Source: Candidatus Porifericomitales bacterium
GTDB lineage: Bacteria > Pseudomonadota > Gammaproteobacteria > CBDEFV01
Direction: 5' to 3'
NCBI GenBank assembly: GCA_965237735.1
Contig: CBDEFV010000007.1
Location: forward strand, 399,305-463,304
Length of the DNA stretch: 64,000 bases
Part shown: positions 30,146 through 40,089 of the stretch, piece after piece
Layout of the letters: the number at the start of each line of letters is the position of its first letter
How positions within the stretch are numbered: the first letter of the stretch is position 1
Notes under the pieces: model-generated
Told to the model about the DNA's origin: nothing
Database searches by the model: none
What the model saw: only the letters and a program-made list of their open reading frames with translations
Made by a program: the position numbers and the translations under genes

Positions 30146-30463
30146 CCGGCAGCAGTAATCAGGGAACCGGCGGCGCCGCAAGGCGCCTGCCGGGAAAGAC
30201 CCGGCTCCAGAGTTGTCGGCGCCGGGGAAGGGCCGGCCGCCGCCCGGCAGCCGGCTTGGGGCCTGGCCCTCTGCCCAGTCTTCAGGGTGTGGAATCAGCA
30301 CGATTTTCGCAGCAGCATCCTCGCCAGACAGCGGCGGCCCGTTGTGGCTGCTCCCGGCGATTGCCGCGGCCCTGCTGCTCTGGCGGCGGCCGGCCCTCCC
30401 CCCGTTGCCGACAACAAGTCGGCTCTTTCCCGGCAGGCGCCTGCCGCGGCGCCGGCTCCCTGA
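30146..30463 (+). repeat. Isolated tail cassette (GlyGly-CTERM-like) bracketed by inverted hydrolase-3' repeats
   Basis: Encodes SSGCGISTIFAAASSPDSGGPLWLLPAIAAALLLWRRPALP. Same unit as the array at 15191-15865. The cassette plus hydrolase fragment is also copied at 15690-15952. Confidence 0.75.
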
Positions 30464-31279
30464 TTACTGCTGCCGGAGAAAGTCCTGTAGCGAGGCGAAC
30501 AGCGCCCGGTGGAAGGGCTCGGGCTGCTCGATCATCATCATGTGGCCCGTCGCCAGAGATATCGTCGTCACCGCGGCGCCGCCGCTCCTCAGGGCGTCTT
30601 CCAGCGGCCGGGCCGCCGATCGCGGCACCAGGGCATCTTCATCGCCGAGAATTAAATGGGTCGGACACCGCACCTTACCGGCATGAGTCAGGCCCTCATC
30701 ATAGACGGCACAGGCCGCGAGATCGGCAGCGAGAACGGCCAGGGGGGCCCTCGTCAGCAGCCGCTGGCTGAGTTGTTCCATGCAGAGGCCGGCGCTGCGC
30801 CCGCCGCCGAGGCGATCCTGATAGGTCAGGCCGTAGCCGGCGAGAATCTCGATGGCTCTGCCGTCTCCATCACCGGCGAGCTGCAACAGTTCAAGGTGCA
30901 CTGCCATGGGGGCAGAGACGCCGGCCAGCACCGAGCAGCCAACCCGGTCGGGGAGAAGCGCCGCCACTGCCAGACTGACCAGCGCCCCCATACTGTGGCC
31001 GATCAGCGCACATCGATCAATCCCGAGGCCGTCGAGCAGGGCCGCCAGCCAGTCGGCCATGTCTTCGATGGAGGCAAGCGGTTCGCCCTGGCTGCGGCCA
31101 TGAGCCGGCAGATCCACAGCCAGGGACTGAAAGCCGCGGCCCATGTAAAAGCGGCGGTACAGTGCCCAGACGGAGTGATCCATGCCGGCGCCGTGGACAA
31201 AAAGCAGGGCCGGGCTCGATGCCGTCGCCTTGCGGCTGCTGGCGACGAAGGTCGGCTGCCCGAGAACCTCGAGGTACAA
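30464..31279 (-). CDS. alpha/beta-fold hydrolase (271 aa)
   Basis: LLFVHGAGMDHSVW, nucleophile elbow GHSMGA, and a C-terminal HMMMIEQPE typical of the alpha/beta hydrolase superfamily. Specific function not assignable. Confidence 0.8.
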   Translation of the reverse strand: MYLEVLGQPTFVASSRKATASSPALLFVHGAGMDHSVWALYRRFYMGRGFQSLAVDLPAHGRSQGEPLASIEDMADWLAALLDGLGIDRCALIGHSMGALVSLAVAALLPDRVGCSVLAGVSAPMAVHLELLQLAGDGDGRAIEILAGYGLTYQDRLGGGRSAGLCMEQLSQRLLTRAPLAVLAADLAACAVYDEGLTHAGKVRCPTHLILGDEDALVPRSAARPLEDALRSGGAAVTTISLATGHMMMIEQPEPFHRALFASLQDFLRQQ

Positions 31280-31288
31280 ATCGAGCCC

Positions 31289-32602
31289 TCAGGTCCTGTT
31301 GCGGCTCAGGCGACGAACGGCTGCCAGCCCCTGGCGGACGTCGGCGATCAGATCGTCGATGTCCTCAAGGCCGACTGAAAAGCGTACCAGACCCTCGGAG
31401 ATGCCGGCTCTGTCGAGGTCCTCGCGCGACATGCGGCTGTGGGTGGTGCTGGCTGGATGAATCACCAGCGACTTGGCGTCGCCGATGTTGGCCAAGTGTG
31501 AAAAGAGGCGCAGGGAGCGGACAAACTCGATGCCCGCCTCGCGCGCGCCCCTGAGCTCGAAGGAGAAGACGGCGCCGCAGCCCCGGGGCAACAGCTGCTG
31601 CGCCAGCTCATGATCAGGATGTTGCGCCATGCGCGGGTGCAGGATGCGCTCGACTTCATCCTGACTGCTGAGGAAATCGACGAGGGCGTCGGCGTTTTCG
31701 GTATGGCGGCGCATGCGCAGCGGCAGGGTCTCGATCCCCTGCAGCAGGTAGAAGGCGTTCTGCGGGCTGAGGCTGCCGCCAAAGTCGCGCAGCCCCTGCA
31801 TGCGGGCGACCACGAGAAAGGCGCTGGGGCCGAATTCCTCGGCCAGATCGAGTTCGTTGAAGCCGGGGAAATCCTCGCTCAGGGTCGGAAAGCGCCCGCA
31901 GCCCTCCCAATCGAAATTGCCGCTGTCGACGACGCAGCCGCCGAGGGCGATGCCGTGGCCGCCGACAAACTTCGTCAGCGAGTGGACGCTGAGATCGGCC
32001 CCCAGTTGCAGCGATTTCTGCAGCATGGGCGTGGTCATGGTGGCGTCGACCACCAGCGGCAGGCCGCGCTCGTGGGCAATGGCGGCGACCGCCGGCAGAT
32101 CGAGCACCTCGAGCAGGGGGTTGCTCAGGGTCTCGGCAAACACCATCCTGGTGCGCTCGTTGACGGCCTCGGCAAAAGCCCGGGGCGAGCGCGGGTCGAC
32201 AAAGGTGGTGTCGATGCCGAAGCGCGGCAGGGTGTAGGACATGAGGTTGTGGGTGCCGCCGTAGAGGGAGCGCGAAGAGACGATGTGATCGCCGGCGCTG
32301 AGCAGCGTCGCTATGGTCAGGTGAATCGCCGCCATGCCGGAGGCGGCGGCGACGCCGCCGACGCCGCAGTCGAGGGCCGCCATGCGCTCTTCGAGGACGG
32401 CGACTGTCGGGTTGGAGATGCGCGAGTAGACGTAGCCGGCGCGGGCGATGTTGAACAGTGAGGAGGCGTGCTCGCCGTCTTCAAAGACGTAGGACACCGT
32501 CTGGTAGATGGGGGCGGCCCGGGAGCCGGTCGTCGGGTCGGGCTTCTGGCCGCCGTGCAGCGCCAGGGTGCCGGCGGCGATGGGCTTGGGAACGATGCTC
32601 AT
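31289..32602 (-). CDS. metY: O-acetylhomoserine sulfhydrylase / aminocarboxypropyltransferase (PLP-dependent, Cys/Met metabolism family)
   Basis: 437 aa. MSIVPKPIAAGTLALHGGQKPDPTTGSRAAPIYQTVSYVFEDGEHASSLF...SLTKFVGGHG (PLP-lysine motif)...AKSLVIHPASTTHSRM. The metY versus metZ call is tentative. Confidence 0.85.
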   Translation of the reverse strand: MSIVPKPIAAGTLALHGGQKPDPTTGSRAAPIYQTVSYVFEDGEHASSLFNIARAGYVYSRISNPTVAVLEERMAALDCGVGGVAAASGMAAIHLTIATLLSAGDHIVSSRSLYGGTHNLMSYTLPRFGIDTTFVDPRSPRAFAEAVNERTRMVFAETLSNPLLEVLDLPAVAAIAHERGLPLVVDATMTTPMLQKSLQLGADLSVHSLTKFVGGHGIALGGCVVDSGNFDWEGCGRFPTLSEDFPGFNELDLAEEFGPSAFLVVARMQGLRDFGGSLSPQNAFYLLQGIETLPLRMRRHTENADALVDFLSSQDEVERILHPRMAQHPDHELAQQLLPRGCGAVFSFELRGAREAGIEFVRSLRLFSHLANIGDAKSLVIHPASTTHSRMSREDLDRAGISEGLVRFSVGLEDIDDLIADVRQGLAAVRRLSRNRT

Positions 32603-33441
32603 GAGGAGAAAAGGGGCAATTGCCGGCGCCGGTCGAGCCTGAGCCGCTCTTCCGCCCCGGCGGCGAGATCGGGCGGCCCCGGCTCGCGGTAGATCTCGGC
32701 CATGAGCTCGAGCGCCGCCGGCCCAGGGCGCAAGGACAGCGACGAGGCGTGCTCGCCGTCCTCGAAGACGCAGGACACCGTCTGGTAGGTGGGGGCGGCC
32801 CGGGAGCCGGTCGTCGGGTCGGGCTTCTGACCGCCGTGCAGCGCCAGGGTATCGGGGGCGATGGGCTGGGGGACGATGCTCATGAGGAGGAAAAGGGCAA
32901 TTGCCGGCGCCGGTTGAGCCTGAGCCGCTCTTCCGCCTCGGCGGCGAGATCGGGCGGCCCCGGCTCGCGGTAGATCTCGGCCCTGGGTTCGAGCGCCGCC
33001 GGCCCAGGGCGCGAGCACAGCGACGAGGCGTGCTCGCCGTCTTCAAAGACGCAGGACACCGTCTGGTAGATGGGGGCGGCCCGGGAGCCGGTCGTCGGGT
33101 CGGGCTTCTGACCGCCGTGCAGCGCCAGGCTGTCGGGCGCGATGAGCTGGGGGACGATGCTCATGAGGAGAAAAGGGGCAATTGCCGGCGCCGGTTGAGC
33201 CTGAGCCGCTCTTCCGCCCCGGCGGCGAGATCGGGCGGCCCCGGCTCGCGGTAGATCTCGGCCATGAGCTCGAGCGCCGCCGGCCCAGGGCGCGAGCACA
33301 GCGACGAGGCGTGCTCGCCGTCTTCGAAGACGCAGGACACCGTCCGGTAGATGGGGGCGGCCCGGGATCCGGTCGTCGGGTCGGGCTTCTGACCGCCGTG
33401 CAGCGCCAGGCTGTCGGGCGCGATGAGCTGGGGGACGATGC
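32603..33441. repeat. Three extra tandem copies (281-bp period) of the bamD-stop/metY-start junction
   Basis: Each unit is [bamD last ~130 nt][ATGA overlap][metY first ~150 nt], e.g. catgaggag(g)aaaagggcaattgccggcgccgg...gatgggctgggggacgatgct. Copies differ by SNPs. The breakpoint is at microhomology gcgccgccggc. Confidence 0.85.
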
Positions 33442-34239
33442 TCATGAGGAGGAAAAGGGCAATTGCCGGCGCCGGTTGAGCCTGAGCCGCTCTTCCGCCT
33501 CGGCGGCGAGATCGGGCTGCCCCAGTTCGCGGTAGATCTCGACCATGAGCTCAAGCGCCGCCGGCACATGGCGCGAGCGGACGTAGTGGCGCAACAGGTA
33601 ATTGACGCGGCCGAGAGCGCCGACATAGGCGGCGCGGTCGCGGTAAAAGCGGGCCGTGCGGAGCTCGTGCAGCGCCATCTGATCGACGAGGTAGAGCATG
33701 CGCTTGCGCGCGTCGGCGGCGTAGATGCTCTCGGGAAACTGCTGCAGCAGCTGGCGGAAGGCCTCGAAGGACTTGTGCAGCGGCTCCTGATCGGAATTCG
33801 CCAGGGAGCGCGGAAAGAAGCTGTCGAACAGGCCCTTGCCGAAGCTGTAGTGATTGAGCCCACGCAGGTAGAGGACGTAGTCGCTCTTGGGGTCGCGCGG
33901 ATAGACCTTGGCAAAGCGCTCCAGCACCTCGAGCGACTCCTCGTATTTGTCCCCTTTATAAAGCGAATAGGCGACCTGCAGCTGCGCCTGACGCGAGTAG
34001 TCGCCAAAGGGGGAACGGGCTTCGAGGTAGCCGAAGTACTCCTGGGCTCTTTCCGCGTTGCCCTGGTCGAGCTCCACGGCGCCCGCCCGATAGAGTTGCT
34101 CGGCCGTCCAGCCCTCGGTGCCGAGCTCGGGCGGCGGATAGCAGGAAGCCAGCAGCAACGACAGCAACGCGCACGACAGCAGGCGCGCTCCCCTGCCGGT
34201 GGCAGCCGGCACTGTTTCGTCAGGCATCGACTTGGACAT
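33442..34239 (-). CDS. bamD: outer-membrane protein assembly factor BamD (lipoprotein, TPR-like)
   Basis: Lipoprotein signal with lipobox LLLASC. Typical BamD/YfiO sequence (YRAGAVELDQGNAERAQEYF...YKGDKYEESL...YVLYLRGL). Divergent from rluD, as in E. coli. Confidence 0.85.
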   Translation of the reverse strand: MSKSMPDETVPAATGRGARLLSCALLSLLLASCYPPPELGTEGWTAEQLYRAGAVELDQGNAERAQEYFGYLEARSPFGDYSRQAQLQVAYSLYKGDKYEESLEVLERFAKVYPRDPKSDYVLYLRGLNHYSFGKGLFDSFFPRSLANSDQEPLHKSFEAFRQLLQQFPESIYAADARKRMLYLVDQMALHELRTARFYRDRAAYVGALGRVNYLLRHYVRSRHVPAALELMVEIYRELGQPDLAAEAEERLRLNRRRQLPFSSS

Positions 34240-34356
34240 TGGATGGGACGGAAGACTTGGGCGGGAGGAGAGTTTTTCGCTCAGGCGGGCCAGATTGAGC
34301 TTGCCCGCGGGCCGGAAGCGCGCTCCAGAGGCCGGAGAAACCCTATTATAGAGGAC

Positions 34357-35367
34357 ATGAACAGCGAAGTTGACGACAGTCAGCAGCAGGGCTGGCTCCA
34401 AGGTTCTTTCGGCGCCGTCCAGGACGGGCAGCGCTTCGACAAGGCCCTGGCGGCGGCCTGTCCCTCCTGCTCGCGCCAGAGTCTGCAGCGGCGGATCGAA
34501 CAGGGTCAGGCCTGGCTCAACGGCGCCCCGGCCGCCAAAAAATCTCTGGTGCGCGCCGGCGACAGTTACAGGGTGCGGGCGACGCCGCCCGACCGGCTCT
34601 CGATCGCCGAAGCCGAGGGCATTCCGCTCAATCTGGTCTACGAGGACGACCAGCTGCTGGTCGTCGACAAGCCCGCCGGTCTCGTCATGCACCGAGCGCC
34701 GGGCAATTGGGGCGGCACCGTCGAAAACGCCCTCCTCGCCCTCGACGAAAGGCTTGCCGCCCTGCCACGGGCCGGCATCGTCCACCGCCTCGACAAGGAC
34801 ACCAGCGGGCTCTTTGTCGTCGCCCGCGACGAGCAGACGAGGCTGAAACTCATCGAGGAGATCGCCCGGCGCCGGATGCGCCGCCGCTACTGGGCCCTGG
34901 TCGAGGGCCTGCCGATCTCCGGCGGCACCATCGACGGCGACATCGGCCGCCACCCGCGCAATCGCCTGAAAATGGCCGTGCGCCCGACCGGCGGCAAGCC
35001 GGCCCTGACGCGCTACAGCATCGCCTGCCGCTACCGCGCCCACACCTTGGTCAATGTCGAAATCGAAAGCGGGCGCACCCACCAGATCCGCGTCCATATG
35101 CAGCACCTCGGCTTTCCCGTTGTCGGCGACCCCCTCTACGGCAGGCTGCGGCTGCCTGCGGGAGCTGCGCCGGCGACCGTTGCCGCCCTCCAGACCTTTC
35201 GCCGCCAGGCCCTTCACGCCAGGAGCCTGGAGCTGTTTCACCCCCGACTGCAGCGGCCGCTTTGCTGGGAGAGCCCGCTGCCGGCCGACTTCGCCGGCCT
35301 GTGCCGCGTCCTCGACAGCGAGGCGACAGCGGCGACAGAGAGCGGCAATCCGCGGAATCAGCCGTGA
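34357..35367 (+). CDS. rluD: 23S rRNA pseudouridine synthase D
   Basis: N-terminal S4 domain; VVDKPAGLVMH, HRLDKDTSGL (catalytic Asp), RTHQIRVHM; 336 aa. Confidence 0.9.
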   Translation: MNSEVDDSQQQGWLQGSFGAVQDGQRFDKALAAACPSCSRQSLQRRIEQGQAWLNGAPAAKKSLVRAGDSYRVRATPPDRLSIAEAEGIPLNLVYEDDQLLVVDKPAGLVMHRAPGNWGGTVENALLALDERLAALPRAGIVHRLDKDTSGLFVVARDEQTRLKLIEEIARRRMRRRYWALVEGLPISGGTIDGDIGRHPRNRLKMAVRPTGGKPALTRYSIACRYRAHTLVNVEIESGRTHQIRVHMQHLGFPVVGDPLYGRLRLPAGAAPATVAALQTFRRQALHARSLELFHPRLQRPLCWESPLPADFAGLCRVLDSEATAATESGNPRNQP

Positions 35368-36521
35368 GCGCCGGCGACCCGTCGCCCGCCGCCGCCAGCT
35401 CGGGCGGGGCTTTCATCGCCGCCGGCTGGCCGGCCCCGGCGGGAGTCGAGGCCGGCTCCACCCTCAGGTCGGCTGTCGTCGGCGGCCGGCTGCAACAGGA
35501 CTTCTCGGCGAGCCTTCGCCATGCCGGCGACAGACCCGAGGCGGCTGCCCGAAGCGAACTGCTGCAACAGTTTGCCGGCCTGCCGGGTCGCCCTCTGGGG
35601 CTCAAACAGGTGCACGGCAGTCGGGTTGTCGAGGCCAGCGAGGACAGGCGGGGCGCCGCAGCTGACGGCCTCTGGACGCGCGAGGAAAATCTGGTACTGG
35701 CCATCGAAACCGCCGACTGCATGCCGCTGCTGCTGGCCGACGACGACGGCACGGTCATCGCCGCCCTGCACGCCGGCTGGCGCGGACTGGCCAGCGGCAT
35801 CGTCGACGCCGCCCTCGAGGCCCTGCCCTGCCGCCCTCAAAAGCTGCGAGCCTGGATCGGCCCGGCCATCTCGCAGCAGCACTACGAGGTCGGCAGCGAA
35901 GTGCGTCAGGCCTTCCTCGAACGGGATGCGCGCCTCGAATCCTTTTTCCTCCCCTCGCCGCCCAAGACGGCTGAAGCCGATGCCTCTCCGGGCCCCCGCT
36001 GGCTCGCCGACCTGCCCGGCATGGCCGCACACCAGCTGCGCCAGCTCGGATTAACGCAAATCTACAACTGCGGCCTCTGCACCTTCGCCCACCCCGAACT
36101 GTTTTTTTCCTACAGGCGCGGCGACCGCCACAAATTCATTGTCACTCTCATCTGGCGGCAGCCGGCCCCCCGACCTCGAGGCAGGCCCTCCCCAATCGAG
36201 CCGGCTCCGCTTCCGGCTCTACGGAAGCAGTTCCTGGCGGGCGCGCTGCCTGCGCCTCCGGAGCCACAACATAGCGGCCCCCAAGACCAGGGCCAACAGC
36301 AGCAGTTCGGTCCAGCCGACGGTCCCGATGCCGCTGGAGCGGATTCCTACTGTTTTTTCCTACAGGCGCGGCGACCGCCACAAATTCATTGTCGCTCTCA
36401 TCTGGCGGCAGCCGGCCCCGACCTCGAGCCAGGCCCTCCCAATCGAGCCGGCTCCGCTTCCGGCTCTACGGAAGCAGTTCCTGGCGGGCGCGCTGCCTGC
36501 GCCTCCGGAGCCACAACATAG
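35364..36521 (+). CDS. pgeF: PgeF/YfiH family (DUF152, laccase-domain) protein; reading frame artificially extended by downstream junction repeats
   Basis: GTG start overlaps the rluD stop. LKQVHGSRVV...DGLWTRE...ALHAGWRGL...ISQQHYEVG...NCGLCTF...FSYRRGDRHKFIV. The conserved domain ends near 36160, but no in-frame stop occurs until 36521 because the 3' end and downstream segment are duplicated. Confidence 0.8.
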   Translation: MSAGDPSPAAASSGGAFIAAGWPAPAGVEAGSTLRSAVVGGRLQQDFSASLRHAGDRPEAAARSELLQQFAGLPGRPLGLKQVHGSRVVEASEDRRGAAADGLWTREENLVLAIETADCMPLLLADDDGTVIAALHAGWRGLASGIVDAALEALPCRPQKLRAWIGPAISQQHYEVGSEVRQAFLERDARLESFFLPSPPKTAEADASPGPRWLADLPGMAAHQLRQLGLTQIYNCGLCTFAHPELFFSYRRGDRHKFIVTLIWRQPAPRPRGRPSPIEPAPLPALRKQFLAGALPAPPEPQHSGPQDQGQQQQFGPADGPDAAGADSYCFFLQARRPPQIHCRSHLAAAGPDLEPGPPNRAGSASGSTEAVPGGRAACASGATT

Positions 36522-36595
36522 CGGCCCCCAAGGCCAGGGCCAACAGCAGCAGTTCGGTCCAGCCGACGGCCCCGATGCCGCTGGAGCGGATTCTC
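36100..36595. repeat. Tandem duplication (2 x ~250 bp) of the convergent junction between the pgeF 3' end and the small secreted protein's 3' end
   Basis: ttttttcctacaggcgcggcgaccgccacaaattcattgtc...gagccacaacatagcggcccccaag(a/g)ccagggccaacagcagcagttcggtccagccgacgg(t/c)cccgatgccgctggagcgg is present at 36100-36345 and again at 36350-36595. A third, dispersed copy lies at 16400-16745. Confidence 0.85.
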
Positions 36596-37058
36596 AGGGT
36601 GACCTCGTGTCGGTCCGCCTCCTCGCCGTCGTCATCGAGGACAAGGAAGCGGACATCGATATCGGCCTCGCTGTCGCCGATAAAATCGTTGGATCTGAAG
36701 ACGAGGGTCCAGATCCAGTCGCGGCCATTGTCCTCGTCTTCATCATGACCGCAGCCGTCTGTCGCGCGGGGGCCGAGGCGCCTCCAGCTGAGCCAACTGC
36801 GGCTGCGAATACTGTTTCATCGACAAGCTCCACCTTCAGATTTCTGGCCTCGACCGTTGCGGTGTCGATGTCGAGGCACAGATCCCGCCTTGAACCATCC
36901 GAGCCGGGGAGAGTCAGACTCAGTCTTATCGGACTCGAATTATAAAAGACCTCTTCTATCTCCTGGGCCTCGGCGGCAAAGTCCGGCGCTGCCGACAAAA
37001 CGGCAGAAACCAAGCCGTATGCCGCCGCCGCAAGAGGCCGGAACCATGTCTGTTTCAT
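36466..37058 (-). CDS. Small secreted protein with Sec signal peptide and GlyGly-CTERM-like tail; apparent frameshift at a G5/C5 run near 36769-36773
   Basis: N-terminus MKQTWFRPLAAAAYGLVSAVLSAAPDFAA (RBS AGAGGTGG). The track ORF 36594-37082 degenerates into a junk frame after ~aa 110. The +1 frame reads ...DWIWTLVFRSNDFIGDSEADIDVRFLVLDDDGEEADRHEVTLRIRSSGIGTVGWTELLLLALALGAAMLWLRRRRQRARQELLP*. Confidence 0.45.
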
Positions 37059-37288
37059 CAACAAAAACCACCTCTGGGGCATGATGGAATCTTCATTTGA
37101 GGGAGCAGGCGGCAGAGCGCCCGGACAGATAAATGGACAGAAGACAACAGCCGCAGCGGCAAATGTTTCCTCTCCTCAGTATAACAGGGCGGCGGGGAAA
37201 TTCGGCTTGATTGCCGGCAAAACCCGGCCCCGTGCGAACTGCGGCGGAAAACTGCCGAATCAGGGGCCGCCCTTCTGCCGTCCGCCTG

Positions 37289-40039
37289 TCAATCCCCGTC
37301 CGGCCGGGGCGGCGGCATCTGGCCGCGCGGGTCGCCCTTGGGGTGGCTGCCGATCAGGGCCTCGCCCTGCTTTTCCGTCCCGGCCAGGGACTGCTGCAAC
37401 TGTTCGCGGCCGCCTTCCAGGACGGAACGGACTTCGCTCGCCGAAGATTCTGCCGCCGCGGCGGAAAAGCCGGCCCCGGCGCCCAAGGCCGGCGGCTGGG
37501 TTGGCGACAGCTGGCTCGAGGGCTCGGCGATGGACAGCTCCGGTTTGGCAAATCCAGCCCCGTTCGCGCTGAGCCAGTCCTCGGCCAGCCCCCTGACAGC
37601 GGCGATCGATTGGAGGTTGCCGCTGGCTACGCCGCTGAGCAGGCCGCCGAGTCCGCGGCTGCGCAGATCGGCGGCAAAGGCATTGCCGAGATCGACCTGA
37701 AGGCCGGTGCCCCAAGCTTGAGTCTGCTGCAACAGCTTGCCCAGAGCCTCTTTTTCTGCCGTCAGTGATTCCTGGGCGCGGCTCAGCGACTGGACGCTGG
37801 CCAGCACCTGGGCATCTTCGCTGCTGCTGTCGCTGCGGGAGCTCCAGCTCTGGCGCGAGGCGATCTCGGCCAGGGCGCTCTGGCCGCGCTCGTAAGTCTG
37901 GCGAAAATCGCTGCCGCGACTGTGCTCGCGGCCCTCGTAGAAACGCTCGCCGGCGCGGCTGCCCTCCTCCGACGTCGACCGCGCCTCGACGCCGACCCTT
38001 CCGCCGAGGCCGGCGCCGAGGCCGCCGGCGCCCGTGCCGAAGCGGGCGCCGGCCTCGGCCGAGCTATAGCTGCTGTAAAGACTTTTCAGGGCCTGCTCCA
38101 TGCCGCTCGACCCCTCGGCGCCGAGGCGGCTCTGCTCCGCCTGCACCAGGCCGTAAAAATCACCGAGGGCCTGGCGCTGCTGCGAGCTCAGGCCCTCGGC
38201 AAAGGAGCTGTCGCTGCTGTAGGCCTCGAGCATGCGCTGGGATGAGGACGAGGAGCGGTTCAGCGCCTGGCCCAGCTGATTGGTGACGCGATTGAGCTCT
38301 TCGCTGGTTGTCTGCAGCTGGCTCTGCACTGAGGAGCTCGCCAGTTGCCGCCAGTCGAGCGAGATGCCGGCGTCGCCGCGCTCGGCCCGCTCGATCGAGC
38401 CGCCCCGGGTTCCCCCCGCCCCCCAGGCCTCGGGGCGGAAACCTTGGGTGAAGCCCCTGCCCGTGTCGAGGTCATAGCCGCCGCCGACATGGCTCGGCCG
38501 CACCATTTCCTGCATCCAGCGCCTGTTGCCGAGTTCGACGTTGCCGGCCCGCACATTGCCGCCCGCCGCTTCCTGGCTGGCCGAACTGCCGCTCGACTGG
38601 GCGACGGCGCCGAGGGAGCCGGCCAGACTCGTCAGGGCGAACTGGCCGCCGGAGACGACCGACCAGGCGATCAGGGGCGCGGAAAACAGCAGATAGCCAG
38701 CCAGATCGTTGACCGAAATCGCCTCCCGCCCCATGGCCTCGATCGCCCTCAGGCTCAACTGGTGGCTGTCGCCGATGCCGTTGAGGGTCAGGTTTTGCAG
38801 GCTCAGGGCCGCCGCCTGGTTGCCGATGTAGCTGATCACGGCGAAGACCGGCGGCCACAGCATGACCCAGGCGACGTACTTGATGTAGTAGAACAGAGTC
38901 CTCGAGGGGTAAAAACTCAGCATGACGACGCCGATGAACAGCGGGAACAGCAGATAGACGAGGCCTTCAAGGGTGGTGTGAATGATCGGCAGGGTGCGCG
39001 CCGCCAGCCGCCCCAGGGTCTGGTAGGTGCGCTTCTGCTGCACCTCGGCCCTGGCGACGGCGAAGGAAGTCAGGGCCCTGCTGCTGCCGCCCCGCTCCAG
39101 CATGCCGTCCTCGAGGGCGCGGGCGACCACCGAGGTCTGCAGTATCTGCGTCGCCGTTGACGACAGCCTCCCCATGTAGGCATAGGAGGCTGCGATCAGG
39201 GGCGGCATGCGGATGATGGCCTCGGCGGCGACAGCCGTCTCCGCCCCTCCCGAGAGGAACAGCAGCAGCCGGTTCTGCGAGCCGGGCCAGTCGCCCTCCA
39301 GTCGCTGGCGCGCATCGCGGCAGCCGACGACCTCGCGCCCGCCGCCGAGCGCGGCCGGATGCTGCCAGAACATGGTCAGGGCGTTGCCGAAATTCGCCGG
39401 GTTCAGCGCCCGCTCCCAGGGGTGTGCTCCCTCGACGAGCTGCTCCAGCTGAATCCAGCCGACGCGGATGCCGCGCAGCACGCAATAGGAGGCGAATTCG
39501 GCGAGATTGGCGCGGAAGACCGGATCCAGGTGGCCGGCGGCGTAGCGCACCCGCTCTATGGCGCGGCTCGGGTACATGGCGCCGCTGTTGGAGTAGCGCA
39601 CGGCGGCCGGCGGATCCGAACGGACGCCGAGGATGGCGGTGCCGCCGACAGGCATGAGCGCTCTCTCAAGGGCCTGGGTCATGCCGTCCATGAGCTGCGA
39701 CAGCAGGGCCGCCGGCAGCGCCAGCCCCAGGGGCATATTCTCGACCGGGCCGCCGCGGGCGGTGTCCGTGCGGTCGACGATCTGCACGTCTACACGCGGA
39801 AACAGCATGAGCCAGACCACCAGCACCATGGAGGCGATGCGGCCAAAATGACCCAGCCTGCCGCTGAAGGCCGCCGACAGCACGGCGATCAGGGCGCCGA
39901 TCGACAGCAGTATGGAGAACACCGGTCTGAGCTCCCCCTGGGCCCCCGTGAGCAGGGCGATGACGGAGAAAAACTGCTGAATCAACAGGCCGTCGGTGTA
40001 GGTGATGACGACGAGGGCGCCGGTGCCGGAATCAAACAT
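37289..40039 (-). CDS. traG: Conjugal-transfer mating-pair stabilisation protein TraG (F-like / ICE MPF-G type), polytopic N-domain plus Ser/Gln-rich C-terminal region
   Basis: 916 aa. Multiple TM segments in the first ~450 aa, with the typical TraG_N layout, then a low-complexity periplasmic region. Position at the end of the tra operon matches PFGI-1/ICEclc-type elements. Confidence 0.75.
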   Translation of the reverse strand: MFDSGTGALVVITYTDGLLIQQFFSVIALLTGAQGELRPVFSILLSIGALIAVLSAAFSGRLGHFGRIASMVLVVWLMLFPRVDVQIVDRTDTARGGPVENMPLGLALPAALLSQLMDGMTQALERALMPVGGTAILGVRSDPPAAVRYSNSGAMYPSRAIERVRYAAGHLDPVFRANLAEFASYCVLRGIRVGWIQLEQLVEGAHPWERALNPANFGNALTMFWQHPAALGGGREVVGCRDARQRLEGDWPGSQNRLLLFLSGGAETAVAAEAIIRMPPLIAASYAYMGRLSSTATQILQTSVVARALEDGMLERGGSSRALTSFAVARAEVQQKRTYQTLGRLAARTLPIIHTTLEGLVYLLFPLFIGVVMLSFYPSRTLFYYIKYVAWVMLWPPVFAVISYIGNQAAALSLQNLTLNGIGDSHQLSLRAIEAMGREAISVNDLAGYLLFSAPLIAWSVVSGGQFALTSLAGSLGAVAQSSGSSASQEAAGGNVRAGNVELGNRRWMQEMVRPSHVGGGYDLDTGRGFTQGFRPEAWGAGGTRGGSIERAERGDAGISLDWRQLASSSVQSQLQTTSEELNRVTNQLGQALNRSSSSSQRMLEAYSSDSSFAEGLSSQQRQALGDFYGLVQAEQSRLGAEGSSGMEQALKSLYSSYSSAEAGARFGTGAGGLGAGLGGRVGVEARSTSEEGSRAGERFYEGREHSRGSDFRQTYERGQSALAEIASRQSWSSRSDSSSEDAQVLASVQSLSRAQESLTAEKEALGKLLQQTQAWGTGLQVDLGNAFAADLRSRGLGGLLSGVASGNLQSIAAVRGLAEDWLSANGAGFAKPELSIAEPSSQLSPTQPPALGAGAGFSAAAAESSASEVRSVLEGGREQLQQSLAGTEKQGEALIGSHPKGDPRGQMPPPRPDGD

Positions 40040-40089
40040 GCCGCTGAACCGGCAGGGGAGAACGGCAGCTGCGTCGGCAGGCCGGGCCG

